DNA of 64,000 nt from Clostridiaceae bacterium (GTDB lineage: Bacteria; Bacillota; Clostridia; Acetivibrionales; DULL01). The stretch lies in assembly GCA_012840395.1 (NCBI GenBank), contig DULL01000018.1, forward strand, positions 5,072-69,071, written 5' to 3'. Positions within the stretch are counted from its first letter, which is position 1. Each line of letters opens with the position of its first letter. Below, in pieces: positions 59,958-64,000 of this stretch. Below the pieces are notes generated by a model. It made no database searches. It was not told the DNA's origin and worked only from the letters and a program-made list of their open reading frames with translations. The position numbers and the translations under genes are program-made.

Positions 59958-60643
59958 AAACAGGCAGGAATATTGCAATTACAATTGTATGTATAATTCT
60001 TGGAATAATGCTTGCATGGCAATATAAGAGTATTAATTTCAACCAGAGTATTGCCAGTACACAAAACAAAAGAACAGAAGAGCTGATGAACGAACTTATA
60101 AAGCAGCAAAATACAAATGCTGAACTAAGAAGCAGATTACAGGAATTAAATGATTTAGTCAAGCAGTATGAAAATGCCAGAGCCGATGATGATGAGTTTA
60201 CTAATACATTAAAGGAACAGCTTGAAAAGGCGAGAATATATGCTGGGCTTACTGATGTAAAAGGAAAAGGAGTAATTGTCACTCTTGATAATAATGGATT
60301 TGTAGATGTAATAGATAATGATATCCTTGATGTTGTCAATGAACTCAGGGCAGGTGGCGCTCAGGCCATTTCTGTTAATGATGAACGCATAACCGCAATG
60401 AGTGAAATCAGATCAGCAGGAAATTATATTGTAATAAACGGCAGGCAGATGGTGGCTCCATTTGTTATAAAGGCTATTTCTGACCCGCGTGATCTTGAAA
60501 AAGCTTTAATGCTAATTGATGGTGTTATTGAAAAATTACAAAAATATCAATTAAAAGTAAGTGTTAAGAGGTCGGATAATATCGTCATTCCAAAAGCAAG
60601 AGATGAGGTAATAAAAATTAATCTCCTTACCCCTGTTAACTAA
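59954..60643 (+). CDS. DUF881 family protein (paralogue of the upstream gene)
   Basis: It has the same architecture and the motif DNDILDVVNELRAGGAQAISVNDERI. The start overlaps the upstream stop codon. Confidence 0.75.
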   Translation: MKTGRNIAITIVCIILGIMLAWQYKSINFNQSIASTQNKRTEELMNELIKQQNTNAELRSRLQELNDLVKQYENARADDDEFTNTLKEQLEKARIYAGLTDVKGKGVIVTLDNNGFVDVIDNDILDVVNELRAGGAQAISVNDERITAMSEIRSAGNYIVINGRQMVAPFVIKAISDPRDLEKALMLIDGVIEKLQKYQLKVSVKRSDNIVIPKARDEVIKINLLTPVN

Positions 60644-60720
60644 AATCATGTTATTTTTTTATCTCTAAAGTAATATGAATATAGATAAGGACACATTTAT
60701 AATATCAGGAGGCTTGTATT

Positions 60721-61677
60721 GTGTTTAAGAAAAGAGCCCTAATGTCTTTTATCATATTCATACTTATCAGCATGCTTTCAACCATGTTTTCAGGATGTAA
60801 AAATATAAAGGGCCAATCAAAAAGACAGTCATATTTAAGTGATCTGGGAGGAGTCTATTCATCAGATATTGATGATATCGATTTTAGCCTTGAAGTAAGC
60901 GGAAGACTTACTGAAGCAGAATATGCCAGTGCTGATACTGAATCGGGAGAACTTCCGGTTGAAACATCCTTAGTATCAGAAAATTCGGGCAGAGACAAAA
61001 TCAGAAGTTGGGGTATAAGAAGAAAAGAAGGAAACCAACCCCCTGACGCAGACCCAGGGGCTCCTGAATTATTAAAAAAATACAATTCATTGTACATAGG
61101 GGATACATCAAAAAAAGTAGTTTATCTTACTTTTGATGAAGGTTATGAGAATGGTTACACCCCCAAAATACTTGATGTACTCCATGCCAATAATACAAAA
61201 GCAGCTTTTTTTATTACAGGCCCCTATCTGAAACAACATCAGGATCTCGTAAGAAGGATGGTTGAAGAAGGACATATAGTAGGGAATCATACAATACATC
61301 ATCCCAGTCTTCCCACCATAAGTGATTATGAAATTGAAGAAGAGGTTCTTGGCCTTGACAGGGCTTTTCGGGAAAAATTTGGGAAGAGTATGAAATACCT
61401 TAGGCCTCCTAAGGGTGAATACAGTGAAAGAACTCTCGAATTGACCAGTAAGCTGGGTTATCGTAATGTTTTCTGGAGTTTTGCCTATGATGACTGGTAC
61501 AGAGATAAGATAAGAGGACCTCAATATGCTTATGATATAGTGATGCGAAATCTCCATAACGGAGCAATTATATTGCTGCATGCTGTTTCAAAAGATAATG
61601 CCGATGCTCTTGATATGATTATTAAAGGTATAAAAGAAAGAGGTTATACTATAGGAACCCTTGACGATATTGAATAA
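60721..61677 (+). CDS. pdaA: Delta-lactam-biosynthetic de-N-acetylase (polysaccharide deacetylase, PdaA-like lipoprotein)
   Basis: It has a lipobox (MFSGC) and NodB motifs (YLTFDEGYENGYTPKILDVL, GHIVGNHTIHHP) that closely parallel PdaA. The start is GTG after GGAGG. Confidence 0.8.
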   Translation: MFKKRALMSFIIFILISMLSTMFSGCKNIKGQSKRQSYLSDLGGVYSSDIDDIDFSLEVSGRLTEAEYASADTESGELPVETSLVSENSGRDKIRSWGIRRKEGNQPPDADPGAPELLKKYNSLYIGDTSKKVVYLTFDEGYENGYTPKILDVLHANNTKAAFFITGPYLKQHQDLVRRMVEEGHIVGNHTIHHPSLPTISDYEIEEEVLGLDRAFREKFGKSMKYLRPPKGEYSERTLELTSKLGYRNVFWSFAYDDWYRDKIRGPQYAYDIVMRNLHNGAIILLHAVSKDNADALDMIIKGIKERGYTIGTLDDIE

Positions 61678-61718
61678 ATGTCATAAATATTTTTCTTTTG
61701 AAATAAAGAGGTAGTTTG

Positions 61719-62036
61719 ATGGCTGCAAATAGAATGAAAAAGAATGTTCACCGTAAAGATGAAAAGCCCAAAGTAAGATTAAAGGAAAAAATAACTGAAG
61801 CTCTTGAGCTCCCAAAAGAGGTTATATTAAATATACCCAAGATAACTATATTCGGGTGTAAAGATATACTTATAGAAAATTACAAGGGAATTATTGAATA
61901 TGATAATGAAAGAATCAGGATAAATACTGGTTCTGGTGTCATTAAAATAACCGGAAGTAATTTAAACATAAGAGAAATTACTTCTGAGGATGTTATTGTA
62001 AACGGAATAATCGATTCAATAGAGTTTCTCAGATAG
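61719..62036 (+). CDS. yqfC: Sporulation protein YqfC
   Basis: It shows the typical YqfC sequence (ALELPKEVILNIPKITIFGCKDILIENYKGIIEYD) and lies upstream of yqfD. Confidence 0.8.
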   Translation: MAANRMKKNVHRKDEKPKVRLKEKITEALELPKEVILNIPKITIFGCKDILIENYKGIIEYDNERIRINTGSGVIKITGSNLNIREITSEDVIVNGIIDSIEFLR

Positions 62037-62057
62037 CAGAAACCATGGAGGAGACTT

Positions 62058-63257
62058 ATGCTGCTTCTTAAGCTGTGGAACTTCATTAGAGGCTATATTG
62101 TTATTTGTGTAGAGGGATATTTTCTGGAGAAATTTCTGAATATTTGTACCCATAGGCAAATTTTTCTTTGGGATATAAAAAAGCACAAGGGAACCAGTCT
62201 TATAATGAAAATCAGTATAAGAGGGTTCAGGGCTTTACGCCCGATTGCAAGAAAGACAAAGTGCAGAGTGTCTATTATAGATAAAAAAGGATTGCCCTTT
62301 ATGCTTAACAGATACAGAAGGAGAAAAACATTTGTTGCCGGGGCTTTTATTTTTATAGCGGTAATATATTTTTTAACTTCATTTATCTGGGAAGTCGAAG
62401 TGTCCGGAAATAAAGAACTGGACCAGCAATATCTATTGGACAGACTCTCTGCGGTCGGAGTGAAACCGGGGGTAATAAAATATGGAATAGATACTGATAA
62501 AGTCGTAAACTATTTAATGCATAATATTAAGGAACTGTCCTGGGTAAGTGTTTCTCTGAGAGGTACGAAGGTAAAAGTTGAAGTAGCCGAAAGAAGAGAG
62601 ATACCTGAGCTTATTGATATTAATACACCATGTGATATTGTAGCGGCAAGAGATGGTATTATCAAAAATATAATAGTTAAAAACGGTGTAGGAGTGCAAA
62701 AAGCGGGAGATACCGTTGTAAAGGGGCAGGTACTTATTTCTGGTTTAATACCCATCAGAGGTACTGATGGGGAAGTAAAGCCGGTTCATGCCATGGGTTC
62801 TGTAATTGCGAGGACCTGGTACGAAGAAAATGTTAAAGTGAGCCAGCAGGTTATAGAAAAAGTTAGAACGGGAAATTATGTAGACAATATTTATATTTCC
62901 TTAATAATCAAATCATTTAATTTAATTAACAGAGAGATAAAATTTGAAAACTATGATAAAATAGAGATAAAAAAAAGAGTTAAACTTGGAGAAGATATTA
63001 TACTTCCTCTTGAATATGTAATCGAGAGGTATTATGAGGAGAAAGATGTAATTAAGGAAATAGATATTGAAGAAGCTAAAGAGCTTGCCGCTATTGAGGC
63101 GGAAAAAAATGTACTTGAAAAAATCCCCGACAATGCTAAGATAGTAAAAAGTGATTTGGAATATATTGATTTAGAAGATGGTACAACTATTGCAAGAATG
63201 ACGGTGGAATGTGAAGAAGAAATCGGGGTAAAAAAAAGATTGGAGGAAACTGATTGA
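62058..63257 (+). CDS. yqfD: Sporulation protein YqfD (stage IV-like membrane protein)
   Basis: The 399-aa protein has a single central TM segment (FVAGAFIFIAVIYFLTSFIW) and lies in the conserved yqfC-yqfD-phoH order. Confidence 0.8.
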   Translation: MLLLKLWNFIRGYIVICVEGYFLEKFLNICTHRQIFLWDIKKHKGTSLIMKISIRGFRALRPIARKTKCRVSIIDKKGLPFMLNRYRRRKTFVAGAFIFIAVIYFLTSFIWEVEVSGNKELDQQYLLDRLSAVGVKPGVIKYGIDTDKVVNYLMHNIKELSWVSVSLRGTKVKVEVAERREIPELIDINTPCDIVAARDGIIKNIIVKNGVGVQKAGDTVVKGQVLISGLIPIRGTDGEVKPVHAMGSVIARTWYEENVKVSQQVIEKVRTGNYVDNIYISLIIKSFNLINREIKFENYDKIEIKKRVKLGEDIILPLEYVIERYYEEKDVIKEIDIEEAKELAAIEAEKNVLEKIPDNAKIVKSDLEYIDLEDGTTIARMTVECEEEIGVKKRLEETD

Positions 63258-64000
63258 GCAATCTAACAGAAAAAACCATCAAGTTTGATAGCATAGAACA
63301 GGCTATGAGCCTGTTCGGGAATTATGATGAGAATATTAATCTGATTGAAGAGAATATAGATGTTAAGCTTATATCAAGAGATAATGAAATAAAAATAGTG
63401 GGAAATGAAGAAGACGCAAACACTGCAAAGGCAGTAATAGAGCGATTAATTGAAATAGCAAAGCAAGGAGACGAGATTACAAGGCAGAACGTTTTATATC
63501 TTACCCGCCTTGCAAAAGAAAAACAGTTTGGGGAAATAAAAGATTATTTAGTAGATTATATTAGTATCAGCGCACGGGGAAGGCAAATAAAGCCTAAAAC
63601 CCACGGACAACAGATATATGTTGATTCAATAAAAAGAAATGATATAGTTTTTGCCATAGGTCCGGCTGGGACAGGCAAGACATTTTTAGCTGTAGCAATG
63701 GCTGTTACAGCATTCAAAAATAAAGAGGTAAGCAGAATTATCCTTACACGGCCGGCTGTTGAGGCTGGTGAAAAACTGGGTTTTCTTCCCGGGGACCTGC
63801 AAAATAAGGTTGACCCATATCTTAGGCCACTTTATGATGCACTTTATGAAATGCTTGGAACAGAGACTTATCAAAAGTATCTGGAAAGAGGTATAATTGA
63901 AGTGGTGCCTCTTGCCTATATGAGAGGCCGTACCTTGAACGACTCTTTTATTATATTGGACGAAGCTCAGAATACCACTCCTGAACAAATGAAGATGTTT
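63254..64000 (+). CDS. phoH: PhoH-family ATPase; 3' end lies outside the window
   Basis: It is absent from the ORF track because no stop codon falls inside the window. The frame from TTG at 63254 reads LSNLTEKTIKFD... and contains Walker A GPAGTGKT (around 63659) and ILDEAQN. Confidence 0.9.
   Translation, partial: MSNLTEKTIKFDSIEQAMSLFGNYDENINLIEENIDVKLISRDNEIKIVGNEEDANTAKAVIERLIEIAKQGDEITRQNVLYLTRLAKEKQFGEIKDYLVDYISISARGRQIKPKTHGQQIYVDSIKRNDIVFAIGPAGTGKTFLAVAMAVTAFKNKEVSRIILTRPAVEAGEKLGFLPGDLQNKVDPYLRPLYDALYEMLGTETYQKYLERGIIEVVPLAYMRGRTLNDSFIILDEAQNTTPEQMKMF

Overview
The window is a core chromosomal segment of a low-GC, endospore-forming Firmicute. Clostridia is the likely class, judged from spo0A, spoIVB, cotJABC, yqfC/yqfD and pdaA content. 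Nearly every gene is on the + strand.

Gene order:
- ispA (5' partial), OLE RNA, oapA, dxs, tlyA, nadK, argR, recN, spoIVB, spo0A
- a YnbB-like PLP enzyme, an orphan HlyD-like protein, yggS, sepF, yggT, divIVA
- T-box then ileS, aroB
- mtnP (-), a small membrane protein, sfsA, an SDR
- cotJC/B/A (-)
- PyrR attenuator then pyrR, pyrB, pyrC, pyrF, pyrK, pyrD, and a histidine-phosphatase/PyrE-like fusion
- miaB, mutS, mutL, miaA, hfq
- lexA (-) divergent from a yneA-like gene across three SOS boxes, then a GT-C/TPR membrane protein
- ylxM, ffh, rpsP, a KH protein, rimM, trmD, rplS, lepB, rbgA, rnhB, yraN
- a less conserved stretch (about 50.1-57.7 kb): hairpin repeats, M19 dipeptidase, THF riboswitch plus folT, an HD-GYP protein (-), a small CBM-like protein (-), a nucleotidyltransferase/phosphohexomutase-like fusion, an RHS remnant and an RHH orphan
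- a 4xLysM protein (-), two DUF881 genes, pdaA, yqfC, yqfD, phoH (3' partial)

No rRNA, tRNA, CRISPR array, transposase or integrase is visible.

The strongest signal that ORFs do not explain is a roughly 590-nt GC-enriched structured block at 965-1551. Its position and neighbours match the OLE ribonucleoprotein locus.

Other items worth follow-up:
- the phosphatase/PRTase fusion sitting where pyrE is expected
- a hairpin that bridges a strong Shine-Dalgarno to the cotJC start codon
- a 28-nt hairpin repeat family flanking the dipeptidase gene
- a phosphohexomutase-like domain in which all four catalytic motifs look degenerate
- a decayed RHS/RHH islet

All calls come from reading the sequence and the ORF translations. 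No database search was run.
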